A stretch of DNA of 41,007 nt from Verrucomicrobia bacterium UBA1211 (GTDB taxonomy: Bacteria; Verrucomicrobiota; Kiritimatiellia; RFP12; UBA1067), in contig DBXN01000085.1 of NCBI GenBank assembly GCA_002309585.1, positions 312 through 41,318 of the forward strand, in the 5' to 3' direction. Shown piece after piece: positions 7,709-16,960 of the stretch. The notes beneath the pieces are model-generated. The model did not search any database, was not told the DNA's origin, and saw only the letters and a program-made list of their open reading frames with translations. How positions within the stretch are numbered: position 1 is the first letter of the stretch; every line of letters starts with the position of its first letter. The translations under genes and the position numbers were made by a program.

Positions 7709-9829
7709 TTAAAACAGCTCATCCTGCCGGAATCCATCCGCAGACTTCTCCTTCTTTTTCGCCGGACGGCGGCGCGGCGGTTCGGGCGCAGGCGGATGGA
7801 GCGCGACGGGTATCGCGTTGCCGAGCAGAAGCGCAAGTAGCTCCGCCTCGTCGATCACCTCCACCCCCAACGCCCGCGCCTTGCGGGTCTTCGTCGCATC
7901 GGTTCCGTTCCCCGCCACCAGATAGCGGGTTTGGGGTGTCACGGCATCCTGCACCCAACCACCGGCTGCCATGATCTTGGCGGAATAGGTTTCACGCGGC
8001 ACCGAAAACGTCCCGGTCAACACAAAGATCAAATGGGCGAGACGTCCCGTCTCTTGCGCCGGTTCCCGCCGTTTCGGATCGATCCGGAGCGCGGCCAGCC
8101 GGGCGGCGAAACGCTGTCCGTAATCCGAGGCGAAAAAGGCGGCGACGGCTCGGGCCGCTTCAATCCGGATAGCGGAGGCATAGCGCGGCGGCAAAGCCGT
8201 TCCCGGAATCCGAGCGGCCCCGCCCGCGGCGACCAGTTCGTCCCCCAACACCCCAATCTCGCCGCAGAGCCGATTAAACCGTATCTGGCGCTCCGCCTCC
8301 CGGATAGGATCCGCCAACGTTTCCGCCCACTCGCTGGCACGGGCGGTCAGCGCATCCAGACGGATAAGACCCGTGATGACCGGCGAAGCGGCCAATGCCG
8401 AAAAGGAAGGATGAAGCGAGGCGATTGGGTCGGCATCCTTGACCCCAACCTCCGGAATCCCCACCGCATAAAGCCACCGGTGCAACGGGAGTCGGCGGGC
8501 GGCGTCCAACGCATCGAGCAGATCCCACGCATCCCTCCGTGCGCCGGATTCGCCTTCTGTCGGAGCGCTCCCGAGACGCAACTGGGCCAAACGTCCCGGC
8601 GTGAGCGCGAAGAGATCAAGCGGATCCTCTACCACCCCGCCCTCGACCAGGGTCCTCGCGACCTCCCCGGTGATGAATGGAAGGTCAAGCCCATTTACGG
8701 AAACGAACTGGAGCAACCGCCCGATCCGTCGGGCGGGACACGCCAGATTCCCACAGCGGAGAACCGTTTCACCCTCCCGGCGAACAACCGGCTCACCGCA
8801 GGCGGGACAGACCGTCGGCGGGGAAAAGGGTTGTTCCGTCCCATCGCGCCGATCGGTCAACACCGCCGATACGACCGGCAGGGAATCCCCGGCATAGAGG
8901 ACCCGGACGCGGTCACCGATCAGAAGATCCCGCGCAACCCCCTCTGGCATCGCCGCCTGATGGACCGTTACGTCCGCCAGCGGAACCGGATCCAACTCCG
9001 CCACGGGCATCAGGACACCGGTGCGGCCGACACGGGCCGCCACCCCGACAAGGCGCGTTTCGGCGCAGACCGGAGGATAGACCCAAATCCGCGCCGCCTG
9101 TGACGAACCGGCCGCGCGCTCAACCCGATCGGCCGGTTCACACCGGCTCATTCGGATAACGGCACCCCGCACCGCGAAGGGGAAGGTGTGGCGGATCGCC
9201 GCCAACTCCTCAATCGCCGCGACGGCCATCGGGATATCCATGCACAGCCGCTGCCAGGGCGCGGTTTTCAATCCCCACCGCTGAAAACATCCGGCCATTT
9301 CGGCGTGCGTCGCGAACGTGCGCCCCTTCACCCGGCAACAGGTATCAACCAAGATATCAAAGGACGGACGGGAACTTTTCGCGGACATTTGCGCACGCAG
9401 CGCCGCCCGACAGGCATCGGCGGCATCGGAAAAGGGACCGCAACCGCTCTCCTCCGCCTGGTGGTTCACCTCCTGAAAGGCATCACGCGTCAGGCAAACC
9501 ATCCCCCGGAGTTCCATCAGAGCCGGCGCATCCGCCAATGCGTGGAGCGCCCAGCCGCACGCCCGGATACCGTCCGTCACGTCATCACCGATTTCGCCGT
9601 TCCCCTGGGTGACGGCGCGAACCAGCCGTCCCTCCTCATAGCGGATCACGACCGGGATTCCCTCGAAGGCCGGCTCCACGACATAATCCCAGACATCATC
9701 GGGGACCAGCCTGCGCAGGGAAGCATCAAACGCGGCCAGATCCGCTTCGGTCCGAACCTCCGGAACGGCCCGTACCGGCTGTTCGTGACGCACCTGCCGA
9801 AAAGACGATGTCGGTTGCGGTTCCATCAT
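7709..9829 (-). CDS. Degenerate NAD-dependent DNA ligase (LigA) paralogue, predicted catalytically inactive
   Basis: LigA domain order: adenylation-like (YVVEPAFEG...RAVTQGNGEIGDDVT), OB (VGRTGVLMPVAELDPV), Zn finger (CPACG...CGNLAC), HhH (AVGIPEVG), BRCT (FVLTGTF...TRYLVAG...KARALGVEVIDE). GGAG lies upstream of ATG 9829. Confidence 0.85.
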   Translation of the reverse strand: MMEPQPTSSFRQVRHEQPVRAVPEVRTEADLAAFDASLRRLVPDDVWDYVVEPAFEGIPVVIRYEEGRLVRAVTQGNGEIGDDVTDGIRACGWALHALADAPALMELRGMVCLTRDAFQEVNHQAEESGCGPFSDAADACRAALRAQMSAKSSRPSFDILVDTCCRVKGRTFATHAEMAGCFQRWGLKTAPWQRLCMDIPMAVAAIEELAAIRHTFPFAVRGAVIRMSRCEPADRVERAAGSSQAARIWVYPPVCAETRLVGVAARVGRTGVLMPVAELDPVPLADVTVHQAAMPEGVARDLLIGDRVRVLYAGDSLPVVSAVLTDRRDGTEQPFSPPTVCPACGEPVVRREGETVLRCGNLACPARRIGRLLQFVSVNGLDLPFITGEVARTLVEGGVVEDPLDLFALTPGRLAQLRLGSAPTEGESGARRDAWDLLDALDAARRLPLHRWLYAVGIPEVGVKDADPIASLHPSFSALAASPVITGLIRLDALTARASEWAETLADPIREAERQIRFNRLCGEIGVLGDELVAAGGAARIPGTALPPRYASAIRIEAARAVAAFFASDYGQRFAARLAALRIDPKRREPAQETGRLAHLIFVLTGTFSVPRETYSAKIMAAGGWVQDAVTPQTRYLVAGNGTDATKTRKARALGVEVIDEAELLALLLGNAIPVALHPPAPEPPRRRPAKKKEKSADGFRQDELF

Positions 9830-9842
9830 CCGCCCGCTCCCT

Positions 9843-10262
9843 TTAACGGCGTCCCGCCGGAGTGGTCCGCCGGACCGGTTGCCGGGCAGACGTCGGCACG
9901 GCAGGTTTCCCCTTCGCAGCGCCCGGTTGGACGGTAGGCGGCAGATCGGACATCGCCCGGCGGTTTTTGACGAAAACATGCCGTTTGTATCCGCCCCTCA
10001 CAAGTTCCCCCGTGACGGATTTCATCAGTTGGCGGTCAGGGCGGTCCGGCACCAGAATGTTCACCTCTTGATCGTAAGTGAAACCGGCCCGTTTCATCGC
10101 CTTCACCAGACGGCCACGCTCGACCCGCTCGCCGTTGACCAGAAGAATCCCAAACTCGGTAATCTCCAGTTCGGGTTTGCGCGTATCCTCAATCACCCGA
10201 TGGGAGACACACCCCATCGCCAGCCCCATCAGAAAGACCAGCACACAAACGACACCTCTCAT
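9843..10262 (-). CDS. Lipoprotein with an ExbD/TolR-like periplasmic domain
   Basis: MRGVVCVLVFLMGLAMG-C lipobox; LEITEFGILLVNGERV...VNILVPD...LVRGGYKRHVFV pattern; ATGA overlap with the upstream rluA. Confidence 0.55.
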   Translation of the reverse strand: MRGVVCVLVFLMGLAMGCVSHRVIEDTRKPELEITEFGILLVNGERVERGRLVKAMKRAGFTYDQEVNILVPDRPDRQLMKSVTGELVRGGYKRHVFVKNRRAMSDLPPTVQPGAAKGKPAVPTSARQPVRRTTPAGRR

Positions 10263-10987
10263 GCTCTCCTCCAATCCTCTTCAGTAAATCCCTCAGCAAA
10301 CGTCCAAAACGATGCAGGGACCGGCGCCTCGAACGTCATCCGCTCACCCGTGTGCGGATGGTCGAACGCAAGCGACTGCGCATGCAGAAACAGCCGCGGC
10401 GCCCTAAACCGCCGGGACGCGCCATATTTCCAATCGCCAATCACCGGATGCCCCGCCTCCGAAAAGTGAACCCGGATCTGATTCTTCCGGCCGGTCAGCA
10501 ACCGGATCTTCACCGCGCTCATCCGCTCCGTCTCATAACAGACCGCGTATTGGGTCCGCGCCCACTTCCCCGCCGCCGGATCCGCGACCGAATGGACAAA
10601 GTAGGTTTCGTCCTCCGCCAGCGCGCTCTCAAAAAGCCCGCTCTTCTCCGACAGGCGTCCTTCGACCAGCGCGAGATAGATCTTCTCGTTTGCCGCCCAA
10701 TTCTCCTTCAGGCGGATCTGCGCCTCCTCACTCTTGGCAAACAGCAAAACGCCCGATGTCTCGCGGTCAAGCCGATGCACCAGATAAGCGCATTTGGACG
10801 ACCGGACCGCGCCTTTCCGGAGATAGGCGGTCACTGCGGCATGGGCGGTTTGGGGGTCGCCGTAAAGCGCCTCGGTCGTCAAAATCCCCGCCGCCTTGTC
10901 GATCACGATCACATCGCGATCCTCATGCAGGAACGTTATGCCATGCGGACGGAAACGGGCGGGGATATGGGGGACCGGACTCATCAC
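10259..10987 (-). CDS. RluA-family RNA pseudouridine synthase
   Basis: VHRLDRETSG, TGRKNQIR, GHPVIGDWKYG, LHA. Confidence 0.93.
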   Translation of the reverse strand: MMSPVPHIPARFRPHGITFLHEDRDVIVIDKAAGILTTEALYGDPQTAHAAVTAYLRKGAVRSSKCAYLVHRLDRETSGVLLFAKSEEAQIRLKENWAANEKIYLALVEGRLSEKSGLFESALAEDETYFVHSVADPAAGKWARTQYAVCYETERMSAVKIRLLTGRKNQIRVHFSEAGHPVIGDWKYGASRRFRAPRLFLHAQSLAFDHPHTGERMTFEAPVPASFWTFAEGFTEEDWRRA

Positions 10988-11418
10988 GCGGCGAAAATCA
11001 TCTTCTCGGCCAACTCCGCGCCGAACGCGACAAACTCGGAACAGGGACGTTTCGGAGGCAACGTCGATCCGTCCGCCGGTTTCTCAAGCCCCAGCAACTG
11101 CCGGCAGATGATGCTTCCGAACGCCGCACGAAACTCAGCCGCAACCTTCTGGACCAGGTCGGTCGCCGCCTGTTTTCCCGTCACATCCCCGGGGGTCGGA
11201 TTCCCGGCCTTCAAACCCGCCAACAACGTCAGCCCGCACACAACCCCGCACACCTCGCGCATCCGGCCGATTCCGCCACCGAACCCGCTGGCCATCCGCA
11301 TGGCGGCCGCCTCATCCATCCCGATCCGGTCTGCAAAGGCCGCCACCACCGCCTGCGAACAGGAGGCACCCGCCTTGAACAGCGCGACCGCGCGCTCACT
11401 TCTCTCCGACATCTCCAC
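10984..11418 (-). CDS. C_GCAxxG_C_C family putative redox protein
   Basis: CSQAV, GFGGGIGR...VCGVVCG, GSIICRQL, C-terminal Cys. Confidence 0.85.
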   Translation of the reverse strand: MEMSERSERAVALFKAGASCSQAVVAAFADRIGMDEAAAMRMASGFGGGIGRMREVCGVVCGLTLLAGLKAGNPTPGDVTGKQAATDLVQKVAAEFRAAFGSIICRQLLGLEKPADGSTLPPKRPCSEFVAFGAELAEKMIFAA

Positions 11419-11479
11419 ACTCCTTAATCCCTGACACCTAACACTGTAACCTTTAAACCGCTTAATCTTTTACCTTAAC

Positions 11480-12538
11480 TCACATCTTCCCCGCCCGCAT
11501 CCGTTCCGCGTCGCGGTACAGATCTTCCAACGTCGGCTTCTCCATCGTGGGGGGCAACAGCTTCAGAAAACGCGCATGACACGCTTCCGCGAAGGCGTCA
11601 TCCCCCGCCTCATGGCTCATCGCAGCAGCCTGGGCAAGGAAGCGCATAAAAATGCCGGTTATGTTGCGGGATGGGAAGGCCTTTGCGGTCTCGTCGAGAT
11701 AGGCAGTCACCGCAGGAAGCAGGGCGAGTTTCCGTTCTTTGGGAAAGGTTTTTGAATGGAGAACCAGCAGGACTAGCGACTGATAGACCACGCGGCGACA
11801 CATCAGCGCCTCATGTCCCGACGCGTAGGCGACCCCGCTTTCGCCCCAATACACGGCATGACTCTCCGCCAGACGCCAATCCAGCGGTCCGAACCGTTTT
11901 TCCAGAGCCGCCATTCGGTCGGGATCCATACGGAACGCCTTGAGCTTCTCCCGGGCCTCCGCAGAGACCTTCACCCGGCCGTCCGCCTCCAGACACGGGG
12001 CCATCGCGTCGGCCAGCGCCTTCTGATAGGTTCCTGATGCCTCATCCAGATCGCTTCCGATCTTATTCATGTACATCCAGGCCAGCTCACGGTAAAGCCG
12101 CGCGTCCTTCGGATTCAGCCGCAACCCGTCATCCCGCAGCAAGGCGATCCCGTTTTTGACCCACCGTAACCGGTCTTCGGGACGGATCATCATCACGCTG
12201 ATGTTATAGGCCAGATTCCAGGCGTTATAGACCCATGCCTCGGAAGCGTGCGGATCGAGCATCGTCAACCAGTCCGACAGCTGGACCAGTTCCAGAAACC
12301 GGCTCTCCTCCTGAAGCCGGTCAGCGCGGAACCAAAGCACCTCGGAAACGATTCCCCGGAACGCGCCCAAGCCCGCCATCACGAAATTCAGCGCCGGCGG
12401 AGGATCCGCCGTATACCCCGCATACGCCTCGGGCATGCCCGCCTGCCGCGCACGGGCCAAATGCCGGCTCTGGACCGCCGCCAAAACGACACAGCCCCCA
12501 ACCGCCAGCCATAGAACGCTCTTTCCCAACCGATGCAT
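11480..12538 (-). CDS. Conserved hypothetical membrane-anchored helical protein of a family I associate with PVC bacteria
   Basis: N-terminal hydrophobic segment; LGAFRGI...LW...WVYNAWNLAYNISV...LYRELAW block. Confidence 0.65.
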   Translation of the reverse strand: MHRLGKSVLWLAVGGCVVLAAVQSRHLARARQAGMPEAYAGYTADPPPALNFVMAGLGAFRGIVSEVLWFRADRLQEESRFLELVQLSDWLTMLDPHASEAWVYNAWNLAYNISVMMIRPEDRLRWVKNGIALLRDDGLRLNPKDARLYRELAWMYMNKIGSDLDEASGTYQKALADAMAPCLEADGRVKVSAEAREKLKAFRMDPDRMAALEKRFGPLDWRLAESHAVYWGESGVAYASGHEALMCRRVVYQSLVLLVLHSKTFPKERKLALLPAVTAYLDETAKAFPSRNITGIFMRFLAQAAAMSHEAGDDAFAEACHARFLKLLPPTMEKPTLEDLYRDAERMRAGKM

Positions 12539-12583
12539 GATTTCAAATCATACGCCAAACGGGACGGAATGTCCAACAGGGAT

Positions 12584-14260
12584 TCAGAGCAGATAGTTCT
12601 CGGAAAGATTGGCGAGGGTGGTGGTTTCGCCTTTGACAGCGAGGATCCAGGTGGACATGGCGGCGCCGTAAGAGGCGGGAAGCGTCACCCGGAAAGAGCC
12701 CCCCTGAATCGCGACGGGATTCTCGGTCTGGAAGACCGGAATATCCATCGGTACCGCGTGCCGTTCCCAGCGGGAACGGTTGCGGTTGGCGGCGCTCCCG
12801 CACTGTAGCCGGAAGACGAGGTTACGGAGTTTCTGCGCGTCACCGATGACCCGATAGGCAAACTGGACCGTCTGACCCGCCTCCAACCGTCCCTCCATGA
12901 GCAGGACCTCCAACTTGGGGGCAAACAGCTGTTGAAGCGCGGCACGCACCGCCTGAACGATCAGCACAAGACCGACCACAACGAAAGGAACAAGAAAGAG
13001 CTGATCCCATGTGAACGGACGACGACCGACCCCGCTATTGACCAAGATGGCGATGATCATCCCGTTCCAAAAGATGGCGAAGACGGTCAGAAGCCCCAAC
13101 CGTTGACGGGTGACCTGACGCAACGGCCGCCCCAACTCTTGGGCTGGGCGCGGCAGGGAACGGCCCAGATCGTATGAAGAGGCATCGGTGAGAAGCGTTT
13201 CCGGGGTGGAGAAATCGGCCTCAACCCGATCTCCCGTGATCCGTTTGAGAAGCGCGATAAGGGTACCCAGAAACGCCACGGAACCGACCAAAAAAGCGAT
13301 GCCGCCCATAACGATCTGCATGACCGATCGTCCGCCTTCGCGGTCGATCACACTCTCTTGCGGCGCTTCTGGATTCACATAGACGGTGATCTTCTTCCCA
13401 ACGGAATAATCCTGGGTCAACCGCTCACTCTCATTCCGTCCCTGGGGCGTCCCATACCGGTTGATCCGGTCGTTGTCATATGTCTGATCCCCCACCGTAT
13501 ACGTATAGGCGATGTAGGGATGATACGTCGTTGTCCTGCGTCCGCGGCTCGATCTCGTCTTCCCCGTACGGATATCGCTCTTGACCACGACCGCCTCGAC
13601 AGGCTGCCAACCCGAAGTGTCAAGCGGGAAGACGATTGGACGCAACGTGACGATACCTGCCGCCAGAAAGCCACCACCCCAAACCAGCAAAAAGAGAAAA
13701 ACGGCAAAAGGCGTTTTCGCCTTTCGGGGTGGAGAGCCGAATTCGCCTGCATGATCGGTGGATTTCAGGGCCCCTCCTATAAAGATCGCGACGAAGAAGA
13801 TCAGGAAGACCGCGAAAAGGGAAAGGGGAAAGAATGCGCGGAACGGGGAAACCGGTTTCTCCGGTTTGAGAACCGATTCGGCGGGATTGTCGGGATTCAC
13901 CAGAACGGCATGGCACGTCCCCTTTGCGTACCGCTCAAGCAGAGGACGCTTCTCCGTGATCGACTTCAGGACGAGGAATGTTTGGTTCGGATAGAACGTG
14001 TTTCCACGGTAAGATTTTCCCTCCACCTCGTATGCGTAACTGACCTCCAGCCGGTACGAGGAACGGCCCTCCTGGATCTCGGAACGGACAACCTCCGCCG
14101 TCCGCTCGGGCCATGCCGTCATCGCTCGCTCCCGTTTATAGGCGTTAATGGTATGGGGAAGGAAAGAATGAGCGATCAGGAATATGAAGACTGTGCCGAA
14201 AATCAATCCCGGGATCATCCGGAAAACGGGCAAGAAAGCGAACCGCCGACGGTTTCTCAT
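12584..14260 (-). CDS. Membrane protein with two DUF3592 domains
   Basis: Two W...V..S....Y....Y.Y.V.G..Y ... V.VNP..P.ESV units, each flanked by TM helices; GGAGG before ATG 14260. Confidence 0.8.
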   Translation of the reverse strand: MRNRRRFAFLPVFRMIPGLIFGTVFIFLIAHSFLPHTINAYKRERAMTAWPERTAEVVRSEIQEGRSSYRLEVSYAYEVEGKSYRGNTFYPNQTFLVLKSITEKRPLLERYAKGTCHAVLVNPDNPAESVLKPEKPVSPFRAFFPLSLFAVFLIFFVAIFIGGALKSTDHAGEFGSPPRKAKTPFAVFLFLLVWGGGFLAAGIVTLRPIVFPLDTSGWQPVEAVVVKSDIRTGKTRSSRGRRTTTYHPYIAYTYTVGDQTYDNDRINRYGTPQGRNESERLTQDYSVGKKITVYVNPEAPQESVIDREGGRSVMQIVMGGIAFLVGSVAFLGTLIALLKRITGDRVEADFSTPETLLTDASSYDLGRSLPRPAQELGRPLRQVTRQRLGLLTVFAIFWNGMIIAILVNSGVGRRPFTWDQLFLVPFVVVGLVLIVQAVRAALQQLFAPKLEVLLMEGRLEAGQTVQFAYRVIGDAQKLRNLVFRLQCGSAANRNRSRWERHAVPMDIPVFQTENPVAIQGGSFRVTLPASYGAAMSTWILAVKGETTTLANLSENYLL

Positions 14261-14369
14261 CAGACATCCTCCACAGGGTTTAAGGTCCAAGGGCTAAGGT
14301 CTCCAACCGGACCGCCCACACCACACAACACACAGTCAAGGCACCGCGGCAATAACCGTCTTAACGATC

Positions 14370-14945
14370 TCAGCGCACCGTCTGCGGCTTCTGGGCGGGC
14401 GGCACCGGTCTGGGAGCGGCTGGTGGCGGGGGCGGCGGAGCGGGGGGCTTGGCAGCGGGCGGTTTCGGAGGAGCCGGGGGCTGGATGTTCATCGGCCGGT
14501 TGAGCGCGTCACGGAAGGTGGTACGTCCGCCGTCGAGACGGGCGGAACCGGTTTGCCGATTCAGCGAATCCCGGAAAACCGTCTTGTTTCCCTCCTCACG
14601 GGCTGAACCGACTTGACGGTTCAGCGCATCGCGATAGACCGTCGCCGATCCGTTCAGATCGGCGGAACCGATCTGACGATTCATCGCGTCACGGAAAATC
14701 CGCTTGCTGCCGGAGAGCTCGGAAGAGCCGATCTGCCTATTCATCGCATCGCGGTAGACGATCTTTCCGCCTTCTTGGGTGGCGGAACCGACCTGCCGGT
14801 TCATCGCGTCGCGATAAATGATCTTGCCGCCCTCCTGACGGGCCGAAGCGGCATTCACGCCCATGCGCTGAAGCATCGGCAAGGGCTCCTCCGCAACGCA
14901 AACCAATGCCGCCAGAACGCATAGACCGGCAATCGGGCCTCTCAT
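14370..14945 (-). CDS. Secreted protein with six 20-aa tandem repeats and a Pro-rich tail
   Basis: Signal-like N-terminus; six [YF]RD[AS][ML]NR cores at a 60-bp period; ATGA overlap with the rmlA stop. Confidence 0.8.
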   Translation of the reverse strand: MRGPIAGLCVLAALVCVAEEPLPMLQRMGVNAASARQEGGKIIYRDAMNRQVGSATQEGGKIVYRDAMNRQIGSSELSGSKRIFRDAMNRQIGSADLNGSATVYRDALNRQVGSAREEGNKTVFRDSLNRQTGSARLDGGRTTFRDALNRPMNIQPPAPPKPPAAKPPAPPPPPPAAPRPVPPAQKPQTVR

Positions 14946-15832
14946 TTACGGCCCTCCCCACTTTCGCGCGCCAACAGCGACACCAGATATTCTCCATAGG
15001 TGGATTTCCGCAGACGTTCCGCCTGCGCACGGAGCGCGTCACGATCAATGAAGCCCTGGCGCCAGGCGATCTCCTCCAGACAGGCGATCTTGAGTCCCTG
15101 CCGATCCTGAACCGCCCGAACGAAGAGTGTCGCGTCGGCCAGTGAGGCGTGGGTCCCGGTGTCCAGCCAGGCATAACCGCGGCTGAGCAGACGGACCTTC
15201 AGATCGCCCCGCTCAAGGTAGTAACGGTTGACATCGGTGATTTCATATTCGCCGCGCGCGGAAGGTTTCAGATCGGCGGCGACCTGGACCACATCGTTAT
15301 CATAGAAATAGAGACCGACAACCGCGTAGTTGGAAGGCGGGTGTGGGGGCTTCTCGATGATCTCCGTCACCCGTCCCCCGGCGTCAAAGCCGACCACCCC
15401 GTACCGTTCGGGATCGGTGACGTAGTAACCGAACACGGTCGGGCCCTTTTCCGCCGAGACCTCGGCCAGCATCCGGCGCAGGCCGTCACCATAAAAGATG
15501 TTGTCGCCAAGGATCAGGCAAACCGGATCATCCCCGATGAACTCCCGGCCCAACACAAACGCCTGGGCCAAACCGTTCGGGACTTCCTGAACCTTGTAGG
15601 AGAGATGGATCCCCAATTGCGAGCCATCGCCCAACAGGGCCATGAACATCGGTGTCGCTTCCGGGGTCGAAATGATCAGGATATCCCGGATTCCCGCCAG
15701 CATCAGCGTGGAAAGCGGGTAATAGATCATCGGTTTATCGTAAACCGGCAACAGCTGCTTGCAGATGACTTGCGTAACGGGATAGAGCCGCGTGCCAGCG
15801 CCTCCCGCCAGAATGATGCCTTTACGCGCCAC
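14942..15832 (-). CDS. rmlA: Glucose-1-phosphate thymidylyltransferase
   Basis: [50 protein letters not shown]. Confidence 0.97.
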   Translation of the reverse strand: MARKGIILAGGAGTRLYPVTQVICKQLLPVYDKPMIYYPLSTLMLAGIRDILIISTPEATPMFMALLGDGSQLGIHLSYKVQEVPNGLAQAFVLGREFIGDDPVCLILGDNIFYGDGLRRMLAEVSAEKGPTVFGYYVTDPERYGVVGFDAGGRVTEIIEKPPHPPSNYAVVGLYFYDNDVVQVAADLKPSARGEYEITDVNRYYLERGDLKVRLLSRGYAWLDTGTHASLADATLFVRAVQDRQGLKIACLEEIAWRQGFIDRDALRAQAERLRKSTYGEYLVSLLARESGEGRK

Positions 15833-15846
15833 AGGAAACCCTCCGC

Positions 15847-16917
15847 CTAGCGACCCAACCGTTCGCCGGCATATTTGTTCTCACGGATCGGCCGCCACCA
15901 CCAGTCGTTATCCAGATACCACTGGACCGTCTTGACGATGCCGGTGTCAAAGGATTCACGCGGTTGCCAGCCCAATTCCGCCACCAGCTTGGCCGGGTCG
16001 ATCGCATACCGCAGATCATGTCCCGGACGATCCTTCACGAAGGTGATCAACGATTTGAACGAGTCGATCCCCAACGCGGACATCCGCGCTGGGCAGAGGC
16101 GGTCAAGCGTCTCGCAGATCGCCGTCACCACCTGGAGATTAGTCCGTTCGTTATGTCCGCCGACGTTGTAGGTCTCGCCCGGACGTCCCGCCGTCAACAC
16201 ACGGAGCAAGGCCCGCGCGTGATCCTCGACATAGAGCCAGTCGCGGATATTCTCACCCTTCCCGTAGATCGGCAACGGTTTCCCGTCCAATGCGTTCAGA
16301 ATCACCAGCGGGATCAACTTCTCGGGGAAGTGATAGGGACCGTAATTGTTGGAACAGTTGGTCAGCAGGACAGGCAAACCGTAGGTATGGAACCACGCCT
16401 TCACCAGATGGTCGGACGAAGCCTTGCTGGCCGAATAGGGCGAACGCGGATCATAGGGCGTCTTCTCGGTAAAGAACCCTTCCGGCCCGAGAGATCCGTA
16501 GACCTCATCGGTTGAAATATGCTGGAACCGGAAAGCGCTCCGGCGATCATCCGGAAGGTTGCGCCAGTATCCATTCGCGACATCCAACAACGTCGCGGTT
16601 CCCAGAACGTTGGTCCGGACAAACGCCAGAGGCCCGTCAATCGAACGGTCAACGTGCGACTCCGCCGCCAAGTGCATGATCGCATCAGGCTGGAACGAGG
16701 CGAACACCTCTTCAACCGCCGCGCGGTCACAGATGTCCGCCTGAGCAAAACGGTATCGGGGAGAATCCTCGATCTCCTTCAGCGAAGAAAGGTTCCCGGC
16801 ATAGGTCAGCGCATCCAGATTCAGGACCTCGAAATCGGTTTCCCGGATCAGAAGCCGGATCAACGCCGAACCGATGAATCCCGCCCCGCCTGTCACAATC
16901 ACCCGACGAACCGCCAT
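15847..16917 (-). CDS. rmlB: dTDP-glucose 4,6-dehydratase
   Basis: [42 protein letters not shown]; GGAGG before ATG 16917. Confidence 0.97.
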   Translation of the reverse strand: MAVRRVIVTGGAGFIGSALIRLLIRETDFEVLNLDALTYAGNLSSLKEIEDSPRYRFAQADICDRAAVEEVFASFQPDAIMHLAAESHVDRSIDGPLAFVRTNVLGTATLLDVANGYWRNLPDDRRSAFRFQHISTDEVYGSLGPEGFFTEKTPYDPRSPYSASKASSDHLVKAWFHTYGLPVLLTNCSNNYGPYHFPEKLIPLVILNALDGKPLPIYGKGENIRDWLYVEDHARALLRVLTAGRPGETYNVGGHNERTNLQVVTAICETLDRLCPARMSALGIDSFKSLITFVKDRPGHDLRYAIDPAKLVAELGWQPRESFDTGIVKTVQWYLDNDWWWRPIRENKYAGERLGR

Positions 16918-16960
16918 CTTCCCTCCTTGATCGCTAACGCAATCGTTGCCCAAGCCGAAC

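Noticed and set aside
14500-14850. 60-bp periodic DNA repeats resembling an array
   Set aside because: They are in-frame coding repeats with synonymous variation, not a CRISPR or non-coding array.
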